A stretch of DNA of 63,377 nt, the filler included, from an uncultured Synergistales bacterium (GTDB lineage: Bacteria > Synergistota > Synergistia > Synergistales > Aminobacteriaceae): NCBI GenBank assembly GCA_937897575.1. It is 5 parts of 5 records of this genome, joined end to end, with 100 filler letters (N's around TTAATTAATTAA, not from the genome) between each part and the next. Parts side by side here need not be neighbours in the genome. Positions count along the whole stretch, not along the records: positions 17,636 to 36,728 come from CALCQG010000095.1; 4 more parts are not named here. One strand, 5' to 3'. Positions 20,252 to 30,277 of this stretch are shown here, one piece after another (the first letter of the stretch is position 1; every line of letters starts with the position of its first letter). Position numbers and translations under genes: made by a program. Below the pieces are notes generated by a model that did not search any database, was not told the DNA's origin, and worked only from the letters and a program-made list of their open reading frames with translations.

Positions 20252-20316
20252 GTGCCCGACCTCCTAAAAAGTGCGGGAGACGGTGCGTGTCCGTCTCCCG
20301 CTTACGATATTCGTCG

Positions 20317-21921
20317 CTATTTCCTGAGAATTTTTCCTGGGCGCGGTCCCAGAAGGGTGTTGTCCGTCACGACGGGCTGTCCGTTGACCAGCACGTGCCG
20401 TATGCCCTCCGGATACTGGTGCGGGTCCAGGAAGGTCGCCCTGTCCCGGATGGTTTGAGGATCGAAGACCACGAGGTCTGCGAAGAACCCCTCGGCGATC
20501 TGCCCTCGTCGGGTAATCCCGGCCTTCCCCGCCGGCATGGAGGTGATCTTCCGTATCCCCTCCTCGAGGGAGAGCACCCGCTCCTCCCGGACGTATTTCC
20601 CCAGCAGTCGGGGGAAGGAACCGTACCCCCTCGGATGGGGGCGCCCCCCCGCCTCGGGGGCAGTCACCCAGGAATCGGAGATCACGGCGGAGAGCGGGTG
20701 GGCGATGATGGTACGGACATCCGCCTCGTCCATGCCGAAGAGCACCATGGTTGCCTCGCCGTGGATCTCGAGGAACCAGTCGAAGAAGGCCTCGAAGGGG
20801 TCCGAGCCTCCCCGCTCCTTGATGATCTCCTCAAGGGACATCCCGGCGTACCGGGGTTCGACTCGGGACTCCGCGATGACGATGTTCCTCCAGCCTATGC
20901 CCCGGATCCAGTTCTCCTCCTTCATGCGCCCCTGCCAGATCTCGTCGGCGAGCTCGCGGCGCACCTCGGGGATCTTCAGCCGGGCGAGCATCGCCCCAAT
21001 ACCGCCCTCCAGAGCGCGGGAGGGGAGGAGGGAGGTTATGGTGGTCATTGCGGCGGGGTATGGGTAGACGTCGCACGTGACGTCCACCCCTCGTGCTCTG
21101 GCCTCTTCCATAATGCGCAGCGTTGCGTTCACTTTGCCCCAGTTGCCTCGCCCCGCCGCCTTGTGGTGGGAGAGCTGTACGGAGACACCGCTGGCCTCGC
21201 CAACGGCGATAGCCTCGTCCACGGATTCAATGAGCCGGTCTCCCTCGTTCCGCAGGTGCGTAACGTAGTATCCGCCGAAGGACGCCACGACCCGGGCGAG
21301 CTCCTGGAGCTCCTCCGTTCCGGTGTAACTCCCCGGGGGGTAGATGAGCCCCGAGGACATGCCGAAGGCCCCGTTCTCCAGCTCTGCACGGAGGAGTTTC
21401 TTCATGGCGGCCATCTCGTCGCCTGTCGCAGGTGTGGGATCGAAGCCCTTGACCGCGATGCGCAGCGTTCCCTGTCCCACAAGGGGGGCCAGGTTCTGAA
21501 TGGTGCCGGACTGCTCCACACAGGAGAAAAATCCGCTGAGGTCGGACCACTCCCAGGAGTAGGGGTGCTTTTTGTTCAGGAAGGGTTTCAGGTAGTCCCG
21601 GACATCTTCTCTGTGTGCGTCGGAGACCGGGGCCATGGAGAGCCCGCAGTTTCCCACCACGGAGGTGGTCACCCCCTGCATGATATAGCTGTTCGCGTCG
21701 GGGTACGCGAGAATCCCGTGGTCCACGTGGTTGTGGAGATCGATGAAGCCCGGGGCGACCACGAGCCCCGATATGTCGACGGTCTCGGCGGCCTGTGCGG
21801 CGTCGAGCCTTCCCACAGCCTCGATGCGATCCCCCGAGATGCCGATATCGCCGTGGAACGAAGGGTTCCCCGTCCCGTCGCAAATCCGTCCGTTGCGCAG
21901 TATCCGGTCAAAGGCCTTCAT
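20317..21921 (-). CDS. N-acyl-D-amino-acid deacylase (D-aminoacylase family)
   Basis: PGFIDLHNH, GVTTSVVGNCG, GLIYPPG, HLRNE, SHHK, PHPRGYGSFPR. Confidence 0.92.
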   Translation of the reverse strand: MKAFDRILRNGRICDGTGNPSFHGDIGISGDRIEAVGRLDAAQAAETVDISGLVVAPGFIDLHNHVDHGILAYPDANSYIMQGVTTSVVGNCGLSMAPVSDAHREDVRDYLKPFLNKKHPYSWEWSDLSGFFSCVEQSGTIQNLAPLVGQGTLRIAVKGFDPTPATGDEMAAMKKLLRAELENGAFGMSSGLIYPPGSYTGTEELQELARVVASFGGYYVTHLRNEGDRLIESVDEAIAVGEASGVSVQLSHHKAAGRGNWGKVNATLRIMEEARARGVDVTCDVYPYPAAMTTITSLLPSRALEGGIGAMLARLKIPEVRRELADEIWQGRMKEENWIRGIGWRNIVIAESRVEPRYAGMSLEEIIKERGGSDPFEAFFDWFLEIHGEATMVLFGMDEADVRTIIAHPLSAVISDSWVTAPEAGGRPHPRGYGSFPRLLGKYVREERVLSLEEGIRKITSMPAGKAGITRRGQIAEGFFADLVVFDPQTIRDRATFLDPHQYPEGIRHVLVNGQPVVTDNTLLGPRPGKILRK

Positions 21922-21940
21922 AGATTTCACCTCTCGTCAC

Positions 21941-23278
21941 TTACCACGGACCCACGACCTGCGGCCCGAGAACCACGGTGGGGAGCCAGCAGGACAGGGC
22001 GGGGATGTACGTGGTGAGCAGAAGTATGGGGATGCCGACAAAAAAGAGGAACTTCATCATGATGGGGACGAGCTCCATGTAGGTACACCCCGAGAGCCTG
22101 GTCCCCACGAAGATGGACATGGCGAAGGGAGGAGTGACGACCCCGAGGCCGACGTTCACGATGAGGATAGCCCCGAGATGGACCATGTTGATCCCTATCT
22201 GCTCCATGAGGGGGAGGATGAGGGGGACGCCGAGGATGAGCACGGGCGTGCCGTCCATGAACATCCCAAGGATGAGGAAGAAGACGTTCATGGAGAGGAG
22301 AATGAGCACTTTGCTGTCGAACATGCCCAGCATGAAGTTGGCCACGCTCTGCGCCGCCCCCACGCGGATGAGGTATCTGGCGAGGACCGTCCCTCCTCCG
22401 ATGAGCATGACGATGACGCCCATGGAGAGGATGGAGCTGAAGGTAGCGGACCAGCATTTTTTGAGGGTGAGCTCACGGTAGACGAAGAAGCCCACGATGA
22501 AACAGTAGACGGTGGCCAGAGCTCCCGCCTCGTTGGGGGTACAGAGTCCGCCGTATATGCCCACGAGGATGAGCGCCGGGCATCCGAGGGCCGGCAGTGC
22601 CGCCCAGGTGGCGCTGCCGAGCTCCTTCACCCTGTCGCCGAAGGTGCTGGGGCCCTCCTCCTTCTCGGTGACGAGGTCGGGGTTCATGTACTGGGGGCAT
22701 ATGAAGTAGTTCAGGATCCCGTAGCCGAGAGCGAGAAGGAGACCGGGCACCACGGTGGACAGGAAGAGGGCCGTCACGGACTGCTGGGTCAGGACGCAGT
22801 ATATCAGGGCGGGCACGCTCGGAGGGATCAGGTAGCCGAGGAAGCTCGAGGAGCAGAGCACCGCCGTGGTGTACTTGGGCTCGTAGCCGTACTTCTTCAG
22901 GCGTGGTACCAGCAGGGGGATCAGAGCGGAGATGCAGGGCACCGAGGATCCCGTCAGGGCGCCGAGGAAGAGGGTGGCCACGATGCCCACGACCTCCATC
23001 CCGCCCCGCATGCGCCCCACGAGCGCGTAGGAGAACCGGACGATGCGGTCCGCGAGCCCGGCGTCGGAAATCAGGCTTCCAGCGTAGACGAAGAAGGCGA
23101 TGGCCATGATGGTGGCGTTGTTTATGGCGTGGTAGAACGTCCCGGAGATGAACGTGTAGTTCATGCCGTCCAGTATGAGCCCGGCGAGGGGGGCTCCGAA
23201 GAATACCCAGGCGAGTGGGATTCCCAGGAACATACCGCCCAGGAAGACGGTGAGCGCTACGGCGAGCCCTATGGTCAT
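21941..23278 (-). CDS. dctM: TRAP transporter large permease
   Basis: Polytopic; GALTGSS, LIPPSVP, TPNEAG, VTPPF. Confidence 0.92.
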   Translation of the reverse strand: MTIGLAVALTVFLGGMFLGIPLAWVFFGAPLAGLILDGMNYTFISGTFYHAINNATIMAIAFFVYAGSLISDAGLADRIVRFSYALVGRMRGGMEVVGIVATLFLGALTGSSVPCISALIPLLVPRLKKYGYEPKYTTAVLCSSSFLGYLIPPSVPALIYCVLTQQSVTALFLSTVVPGLLLALGYGILNYFICPQYMNPDLVTEKEEGPSTFGDRVKELGSATWAALPALGCPALILVGIYGGLCTPNEAGALATVYCFIVGFFVYRELTLKKCWSATFSSILSMGVIVMLIGGGTVLARYLIRVGAAQSVANFMLGMFDSKVLILLSMNVFFLILGMFMDGTPVLILGVPLILPLMEQIGINMVHLGAILIVNVGLGVVTPPFAMSIFVGTRLSGCTYMELVPIMMKFLFFVGIPILLLTTYIPALSCWLPTVVLGPQVVGPW

Positions 23279-23799
23279 AGTGTCACTCCTCCTTCGGGTT
23301 CGGATCTGCGAAGGGCGACGAAGTTCATGGCCGTGTTATGGAGAAGATGGAAGATGCAGAGGACGAACATGATAAAGACGGCTTCGATCAGCCAGCTCGT
23401 GTTGAACCAGGGCACCAGGGTTCCCCACTCGTCGAACGAGAGGGCCTGTTTGAAGTAGGCGAAGAATGTCGGCATGAGCATGAAGATGATGCCGAGGCTG
23501 GCGGCGTTGATGAGTATCTTTGCTACCCTTGCGCTTCTTCGGCCGGAGAAGAGCCTTTCAACGAAGACGTCCACCGCCGTATGGGCATCCTCCCGCGTGG
23601 TGATCGCTATGGAGAGTATGGCGGAGAACACGAAGATGTACAGGATGAGGTCCCCCATCCACATGATCTCGAGGTGCAGCCAATACCGGTTGAAAATCTG
23701 CAGGACGGTGAACACCGTCGCGAAGACGAGGCCGAAAGCGCAGAAGAGGTTTTCGAGAAACGTAATCACGTTGACGAAGGAAAAATACAGTTTTTTCAT
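23275..23799 (-). CDS. dctQ: TRAP transporter small permease
   Basis: Four TM segments, NRY, HTAVD; overlaps the dctM start. Confidence 0.88.
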   Translation of the reverse strand: MKKLYFSFVNVITFLENLFCAFGLVFATVFTVLQIFNRYWLHLEIMWMGDLILYIFVFSAILSIAITTREDAHTAVDVFVERLFSGRRSARVAKILINAASLGIIFMLMPTFFAYFKQALSFDEWGTLVPWFNTSWLIEAVFIMFVLCIFHLLHNTAMNFVALRRSEPEGGVTL

Positions 23800-23989
23800 A
23801 GGTCGGGAGGCTCCTTATCGTAGAGATTTGCGATATCCTGATGTCGACAGAGACGAGACGGGGCGTTTGTCCGGGGTTTTCGAACCTTGCGCGGGTGCCG
23901 AAGACATCCTTTGTACGGGCGAAAGGCCGCCCCCCGAAGGGGAGCAACCTTTCGCCTGCATCATGGGTTTTTCTGTAGGGTGGTTTCCG

Positions 23990-25063
23990 TTACTTGCCGG
24001 CTTTCTCCGCCGCCACCTTATCCCGGATGGCGGCCAAGTCGGCCTGGATCTTCTCGCCCATGTTCTGTCCCGGCCAGTGTTTCTCCAACCAGGGGTCGCA
24101 GAGCTCCTTCCAGATGGCGGGCATGTTGGCCTTCTCGCGCCATACCGCGGTCTCCTCCGGGGTGAGCCAGGTGATCTCGAAGTTGGGGTAGTCCTTCTCG
24201 AGTTTCTCGATGTACTTCTTCTCCTCGGCCTCGTAGAGGTCGTTCAGGTACTGCTCCGCTTCAGCGCCGGCCTTGAAAATGGCCTCCTTGTACTTGGGGT
24301 CGAGGCTATCCCAGAGCTTCTTGTTGATCACGACGTTGTTGGCGTCCCAGTTCAGAAGACCGTGGGTGTAGTACTTGAGGACCTCCACATGCCGTTCGTC
24401 CACGAGGGAGGGCCACATGTCCCAGCAGCCGTCCACCACTTTTCTGGAGAGAGCGTTGTAGATCTCCGCCCAGGGGATGGTCTCCATGGTCATGCCCGTT
24501 CCCGACCCCATGTTGCCGAGGCACATCACGGAGGCCATGGAGGAGGACACCCGCATCTTGAGGTTCTTGAGGTCGTCGGGGGTTCTCAGAGGCCGCACGT
24601 TGTTCGCGAGGCCGTAGGCGCCCTGGGAGCAGCTGAAGAGCATCTGGACTCCCACCTCCTGCCAGGCGACCTCCATGACCTTGAAGAGGACGCCGTCGGG
24701 GTAGGCATAGGCCACCCTGGCTTCGTCGAAGGTGCTCACAGTCCAGGGCATCCAGTTCATCATGCCGCCCGGAACGAGGTTGACGTAGGGGGACAGGGTG
24801 GCGATCTCAATGCTGCCGTCTCGAACGCCGTGAAGGGATTCGTCGTGGGTGCCGAGGAGACCGTTGGAGTACAGCTTGATCTCGATGTCTCCGTTGGTGT
24901 ACTCCTTCACCTTGTCACAGAAGAACTGGTAGCCTTTGTCCGCCACGGGACGCGACCACGGCTGCGCGAAGGACCATTTGTACTTCGGGGCGGCGCTGGC
25001 GATCCCAGCGAAGAGGAAAAGGAAGAGAACGACCAAGAGGGAACGTTTCGTTATTTTATGCAT
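23990..25063 (-). CDS. dctP: TRAP substrate-binding protein
   Basis: Signal peptide, TNGDIEIKLY, DDLKNLKMRV, EIYNALSRKVVDG. Confidence 0.9.
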   Translation of the reverse strand: MHKITKRSLLVVLFLFLFAGIASAAPKYKWSFAQPWSRPVADKGYQFFCDKVKEYTNGDIEIKLYSNGLLGTHDESLHGVRDGSIEIATLSPYVNLVPGGMMNWMPWTVSTFDEARVAYAYPDGVLFKVMEVAWQEVGVQMLFSCSQGAYGLANNVRPLRTPDDLKNLKMRVSSSMASVMCLGNMGSGTGMTMETIPWAEIYNALSRKVVDGCWDMWPSLVDERHVEVLKYYTHGLLNWDANNVVINKKLWDSLDPKYKEAIFKAGAEAEQYLNDLYEAEEKKYIEKLEKDYPNFEITWLTPEETAVWREKANMPAIWKELCDPWLEKHWPGQNMGEKIQADLAAIRDKVAAEKAGK

Positions 25064-25163
25064 CCTGCATGCCTCCTTTGGCAAAGATGTTTGTCATTAT
25101 ACAGAGATCGGGTTCCTTTGTCGATTCACTTCAGCGCCGGGGCAAGGAGCCCTCTTCCCCCGG

Positions 25164-26777
25164 TCAGCGTATCCTTTTGCGAAGCAGCCTCCCCGGCGTT
25201 TTCCCGGTGTGTTCTCCCTCCTCGAGGACTTTCTCCCCTCGGACGTATACGGAGGTGATACCGCTGGCCAGGCGGGCGGGGTCCTTGTAGGTCGCGTGAT
25301 CCTGAACAGAGTCGGGATCGAAGATCAGAAGGTCGGCGTCCATGCCGGGACGGAGGACACCTTTCCCGTGGAGTCCGAGGCGGGCTGCGGGAAAGCTCGT
25401 CATTTTCCGGATGGCGCTTTCAAGGGAGAGGGTCTTCTCCTCCCGAACATACCGGGCGAGCACTCTGGGGTTTGTCCCGAAGCTCCTGGGGTGGCTCTTC
25501 CCTCCCGGAGCAGCGGGGATGGAGTCCGAGGCCACCATTGTCGCCTCATGACGAAGGACCTGCCTCACGTCATCGTCGTTTATGGCGTCGTAGCACGCAA
25601 GGTCGCACCCCTCGTTTTTCTCGATGATCCAGAGCGCCACATCCAAAGGATTCCGCCCCATCGCCCTGCCGATCTCCTCGAGACTTTTCCCCTCGCACTC
25701 CGGGGTGTGGGGGGTGTAGGTCACGAGAGCCCCCGCAGGGCCTCCGCCGTTTCGGAGCATGCTCTCCCAGGAACATGGTTTGCCGGTGTCCATGGAGTCC
25801 TCCATCTCTCGAAGAACCCGTTGTCGCGTATCGGGGTCCTTGAGACGGGCGCAGGTTTCCCCGATGCCCCCCTCCTGAGCCCAGGGGGGGAGGCAGGCCC
25901 GCACGCTGGTGCTGCAGGAGGTGTAGGGGTACTGATCGATGGTGACGTCAACACCTTGGGTGCGCGCCTCGTCGACCATCCTCAGGGATTCCGTGACGAG
26001 CCCCCAGTTGTCCCGCCCAAGCGCCTTGTGATGGGAGATCTGCACCGGTATGCCCGCCTGCCGGCCGATGTTTATGGTGTCCCTGACGGAGTCGAGCAGA
26101 AAGGCCGACTCATTTCTCATGTGGGAGAAGTACAATCCCCCGGTCTCTTTCAGCACCTGCGCCAGCTCGATCAGCTCCTCCGCGGAGGAGTACACCCCCG
26201 GAGGGTAGATGAGCCCCGTGGTCATGCCGAAGCACCCCGAGTCCATTCCCTCTCTGAGCAGGGCTTTCATGTGATCCATCTCCTCCCGGGAGGGCGGTCG
26301 GTTTTCGAAACCGAGCGTGGCGGCTCGAATCGTCCCATGTCCGACGAAGGCGGCGACGTTTCCGGCAAGAGGAAGTTTCTCCACGGTCCGGAACCAGTCC
26401 TGGAAGGTGGTCCAGTCCCATGGGATATCCGTTCCCGCCAGAATGAATCCCAGGTAGGACTTCAACAGGCCGACATAGCGGCTGTCCAAAGGAGCTGCGC
26501 TCTGACCGCACTGCCCCACGGCCTGGGTGGTCACGCCCTGGCAGAGCTTCGATACCATCACGGGGTCCCGAAAGATTACAAAATCGGAGTGGGTGTGAAG
26601 ATCGACGAATCCCGGACAGAGCACCCTGTCCTGTACGTCCACTCTCTCCTTGGCACAGTCCGGGGGGAGGTCCCCCATGTCGGCGATGATCCCGTCCTGT
26701 ACTGCAACATCTCCGCGATACCAGGGATTTCCCGTCCCGTCCACAATTCTGGCTCCCTGGAATACAACATCCCACAC
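25164..26777 (-). CDS. N-acyl-D-amino-acid deacylase (second paralog)
   Basis: PGFVDLHTHSD, GVTTQAVGQCG, GLIYPPG, HMRNE, SHHK, HPRSFGT; GTG start after SD GAAGGAGG. Confidence 0.92.
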   Translation of the reverse strand: MWDVVFQGARIVDGTGNPWYRGDVAVQDGIIADMGDLPPDCAKERVDVQDRVLCPGFVDLHTHSDFVIFRDPVMVSKLCQGVTTQAVGQCGQSAAPLDSRYVGLLKSYLGFILAGTDIPWDWTTFQDWFRTVEKLPLAGNVAAFVGHGTIRAATLGFENRPPSREEMDHMKALLREGMDSGCFGMTTGLIYPPGVYSSAEELIELAQVLKETGGLYFSHMRNESAFLLDSVRDTINIGRQAGIPVQISHHKALGRDNWGLVTESLRMVDEARTQGVDVTIDQYPYTSCSTSVRACLPPWAQEGGIGETCARLKDPDTRQRVLREMEDSMDTGKPCSWESMLRNGGGPAGALVTYTPHTPECEGKSLEEIGRAMGRNPLDVALWIIEKNEGCDLACYDAINDDDVRQVLRHEATMVASDSIPAAPGGKSHPRSFGTNPRVLARYVREEKTLSLESAIRKMTSFPAARLGLHGKGVLRPGMDADLLIFDPDSVQDHATYKDPARLASGITSVYVRGEKVLEEGEHTGKTPGRLLRKRIR

Positions 26778-27036
26778 GGCAATTCCTCCTTCTGCGTTGT
26801 CGCTATTTCTCTCCGATAAGTAGTATAACAGGATGGCAGCGTGAAACGGCGAGAGCCTCACGACAATGGGGTGTACCGGAGGCGCCGGGAAAGGAATCAG
26901 GTCCTCTGTCGCCTTCTGTCGGGATGGACTGGTGACGAACCACTTCAATCCTCCGGGGCACCCCGGACGTGGGGAACAAAAGAGAGGACGCGGACCGCGC
27001 TATCGCTGCAGCCGAGCAGGAGCCCTCCACACCACG

Positions 27037-27074
27037 AAAAAGCCGGGGCCCTTCCCGTACGGGAAAGGCCCCGG
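27037..27074 (-). terminator. Intrinsic terminator of kbl-tdh
   Basis: CCGGGGCCTTTCCCG/CGGGAAGGGCCCCGG followed by a T5 tract. Confidence 0.8.
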
Positions 27075-27094
27075 AGATCACTGTCAGTAGTCTC

Positions 27095-28039
27095 TTACAG
27101 GCGTTCCTTCAGCCGTTTGAGCATGTCCCTCGTCATCTCGTCGAGGCCGAACTTCGGGGCGAACCCCCACTCCTCCCTGGCGGCCGTGCAGTCCAGGGAG
27201 TCGGGCCAGGACTCGGCGATCCCCTGGCGCAGCGGGTCCACGTCGTAGTCCATGGTGAAGCCGGGCAGGACCTTGCGGATGGAGGCGGCGATCTGCTCGG
27301 GTTCGAAGCTCATGGCCGAGATGTTGAAGGCGTTCCGGTGGACGAGCTTCGCCGGGTTGGCCTCCATGAGCTGCACCACGGCGGAGAGTGCGTCGGGCAT
27401 GTACATCATGTCCATGTACGTTCCGGCGGCGATGAAGCTCGTGTAGGAACCCTTCTTCAGGGCGTCGTAGTAGATGTGCACGGCGTAGTCCGTGGTCCCT
27501 CCGCCGGGGAGCGCCTCGTAGCTGATGAGGCCCGGGAAGCGGAGCCCCCGTGTGTCCATCCCGAATTTCCTGTGGTAGTAGTCGCAGAGCAGCTCCATGG
27601 TGACCTTGGCCACGCCGTAGATGGTGGTGGGGCGCTGGATGGTGTCCTGGGGCGTGTTCTTCGCCGGGGTGGAGGGTCCGAAGGCGGCGATGGAGCTCGG
27701 GAAGAAAAAGGCTGCGCCGCACTCCCGGGCGGCCTCCAGTGCGGCGCAGGAGCCGCACACGTTGATGTCCCACGACGTGAGGGGGTCCCCCTCGCCCTTG
27801 GCCGAGAGGACGCCGGCCAAATGAATCACCGTGTCCGCCCCGAAGGAGCGCAGCATGTCGGCGAAGGCCTTTCCGTCCCGCACGTCGAGCAGGTCGAAGG
27901 GGCCGCCCTCGGACACGGGGCCAGGGATCACCCGTCTGGCCGTGGCCAGGACGTTCTCCGCGCCGTAGATCGCCCTGAGGTGCGGGGTCAGTTCGACGCC
28001 GATCTGACCGCCGGCGCCCGTGACGACGATGCGTTTCAT
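27095..28039 (-). CDS. tdh: L-threonine 3-dehydrogenase, SDR/GalE-like type
   Basis: [37 protein letters not shown]; coupled to kbl. Confidence 0.9.
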   Translation of the reverse strand: MKRIVVTGAGGQIGVELTPHLRAIYGAENVLATARRVIPGPVSEGGPFDLLDVRDGKAFADMLRSFGADTVIHLAGVLSAKGEGDPLTSWDINVCGSCAALEAARECGAAFFFPSSIAAFGPSTPAKNTPQDTIQRPTTIYGVAKVTMELLCDYYHRKFGMDTRGLRFPGLISYEALPGGGTTDYAVHIYYDALKKGSYTSFIAAGTYMDMMYMPDALSAVVQLMEANPAKLVHRNAFNISAMSFEPEQIAASIRKVLPGFTMDYDVDPLRQGIAESWPDSLDCTAAREEWGFAPKFGLDEMTRDMLKRLKERL

Positions 28040-29223
28040 CGGATGACCCCCATCTCGCGTCCGACGGCTGTGAACTGCTCCACGGCGAACCGAAGGTCGT
28101 CGTCCGTGTGGGCGGCGGAGACCATGGCGCGGATCCGCGCCGTCCCCCTCGGGACCGTGGGGAAGACGATGGCCGTGGCGAAGACGCCCCTCTCGAAGAG
28201 CTTGGCGCTGAAGTCCTTGGCCGCCTGGGCCTCGCCGATGATCACGGGGGTGATGGGCGTTTCGCTGTTCCCCGTGTCGAATCCCGCGGCCTTCAGGTCT
28301 CTCTTGAGCGTGTCGCCGTTCTTCCACAGCCTCTTCACGAGGTCGTCGCTCTCCTGGAGGATCTCCACGGCGGCGAGGTTCGCCGCCACGTCGGGGATGG
28401 TGAGGGCGCTGCTGAAGAGGTTCGTCCGGGCCTTCTGGCGCAGGTAGTCCACGAGGATCGCGCTGCCGGCCGCCATGCCGCCCATGACGCCGAAGGCCTT
28501 GGACATGGTGCCGATCTCCACGTCCACCTTCCCGTGGAGCCCGAAGTGGTCCACGATGCCCCGGCCTCCCTTGCCCAGGACGCCCTCGCCGTGGGCGTCG
28601 TCCACCGCTACGATGACGCCGTACCGCTCGCAGAGCGCCACGATCTCCGGAAGCTTGGCGACGTCGCCGTCCATGGAGAAGACGCCGTCGGTGATGAGGA
28701 GTCTCTTGCCGTTGGGCGCCTCGTTCTCCCTGAGCTTCTTCTCGAGGTCCGCCATGTCCGAGTGCTCGTACCGGACCACCTTGGCCTTGGAGAGCTTGCA
28801 GGCGTCGATGATGGAGGCGTGGTTCAGGGAGTCGCTGAAGATCACGTCGTCGGCCGACGAGGCCAGAGTGGGGATGACGGCGAGGTTGGCGCAGAACCCC
28901 GACTGCACGACGATGGCCGCCTCGGCACCCTTGAAGGCCGCGAGTCTCTTCTCGAGCTCGATGTGGGGCGTCATGGTCCCCGCGATGGTGCGCACGGCCC
29001 CCGGCCCCACGCCGTACCGGTCGGCGTACTCCTTCACCTTCCGCACGAGCCTCGGGTCGTTGCACAGACCGAGATAGTTGTTGGAGCAGAGGTTCAGGTA
29101 CTTTTTCCCTCCGATGACGACCCAGGCCCCCTGGGGGCTCTCGAGGGTCCGTATGGTGCCGTACAGTCCGTTCTGTTTCATGGTCTCCAGTTCTTCTGCG
29201 AGGAATTTCATTGGGACGGCCAT
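28036..29223 (-). CDS. kbl: Glycine C-acetyltransferase (2-amino-3-ketobutyrate CoA ligase)
   Basis: [40 protein letters not shown]. Confidence 0.93.
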   Translation of the reverse strand: MAVPMKFLAEELETMKQNGLYGTIRTLESPQGAWVVIGGKKYLNLCSNNYLGLCNDPRLVRKVKEYADRYGVGPGAVRTIAGTMTPHIELEKRLAAFKGAEAAIVVQSGFCANLAVIPTLASSADDVIFSDSLNHASIIDACKLSKAKVVRYEHSDMADLEKKLRENEAPNGKRLLITDGVFSMDGDVAKLPEIVALCERYGVIVAVDDAHGEGVLGKGGRGIVDHFGLHGKVDVEIGTMSKAFGVMGGMAAGSAILVDYLRQKARTNLFSSALTIPDVAANLAAVEILQESDDLVKRLWKNGDTLKRDLKAAGFDTGNSETPITPVIIGEAQAAKDFSAKLFERGVFATAIVFPTVPRGTARIRAMVSAAHTDDDLRFAVEQFTAVGREMGVIR

Positions 29224-29385
29224 GCGGGAATCACTCCTTGACGTATGAGATTGAGGTATGCATAGAAAGTATGATGATTGCCCGTTCTTCCTGTCAATGG
29301 GGTATAATTTTGACAGAGTTCCTATATTTCAGGGACGGAGAAATATATTATTATTCGCCCACCACTTCGGAGAGGAGACGGAACG

Positions 29386-30072
29386 ATGAGCAGGGAGATA
29401 ACTCTCGAGGAGATCGCGGCTCGCACCAGCGGCAGCAGCTCGGCCCCCTACTACATCGCCGGGGTGCTCCGGGAGGCCATCTACCGGGGCATCCTCCCCG
29501 AGGGGAAGCCGCTGCACCAGGCCCAGCTCGCCCAAAGGCTGAGCGTCAGCCCCATCCCGCTGCGGGAGGCCCTCCGTCTCCTCGAGACCGAGGGGCTCGT
29601 GGCCTTCGACGGGTACAAGGGGGCCGTCGTGACCGTCCTCACCGTGGACGAGGCCCGGGAGCTCTACGAGATGATCCTGGCCATGGAGTCGAACCTCATG
29701 CGCGTGGCCTTCCCGGGCATCACGAAGCGCATCGTCGATGAGGCGGAGAAGGTCCTGGAGGAGATGGAGCGGGAGGACGACTGCATCCGGTGGCGCGATC
29801 TGAACCAGGACTTCCACAACCTGTTCTACGAGGCCACCGAGCGCCCTCTGACCATCGACATGCTCGTCCGGCTCCGGCAGAAGACGGACCGGTACATCCG
29901 GATCCACCTCGCCTCCATGCGGAGCGAGTCGGAGCGCCAGCACCGGGACATGCTCGACGCCATACGGGCGGAGGACCTGGAGAAGGCGGTGGAGGCTCTT
30001 CGGAACCACCTCACCTACACGTCCCACGACCTTCAGCTCTGCATGAAGCAGGAGGGCGGCAAGAGAAAGTAG
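29386..30072 (+). CDS. GntR-family (FCD) transcriptional regulator
   Basis: wHTH LSVSPIPLREALRLLETEGLV; divergent from kbl. Confidence 0.9.
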   Translation: MSREITLEEIAARTSGSSSAPYYIAGVLREAIYRGILPEGKPLHQAQLAQRLSVSPIPLREALRLLETEGLVAFDGYKGAVVTVLTVDEARELYEMILAMESNLMRVAFPGITKRIVDEAEKVLEEMEREDDCIRWRDLNQDFHNLFYEATERPLTIDMLVRLRQKTDRYIRIHLASMRSESERQHRDMLDAIRAEDLEKAVEALRNHLTYTSHDLQLCMKQEGGKRK

Positions 30073-30277
30073 GGGGCCTTCGACCGCCCCGAAGCATCGG
30101 GCCCGCCGCGGGGCGACGCACCCTTGCGGGGCGGCTCCTCCGGATGTGCCGGACCTGCCATGTCCCTTCATGGCGGCGGGCTCTGGGGGTTTCGCAACCG
30201 CCGGGACGCTTTCCCATCGTCGCGGCGTAGGGTATGCTGTGTCCGGTACGAAGTGCAAGCGAAAGGGGCTGCATGTC

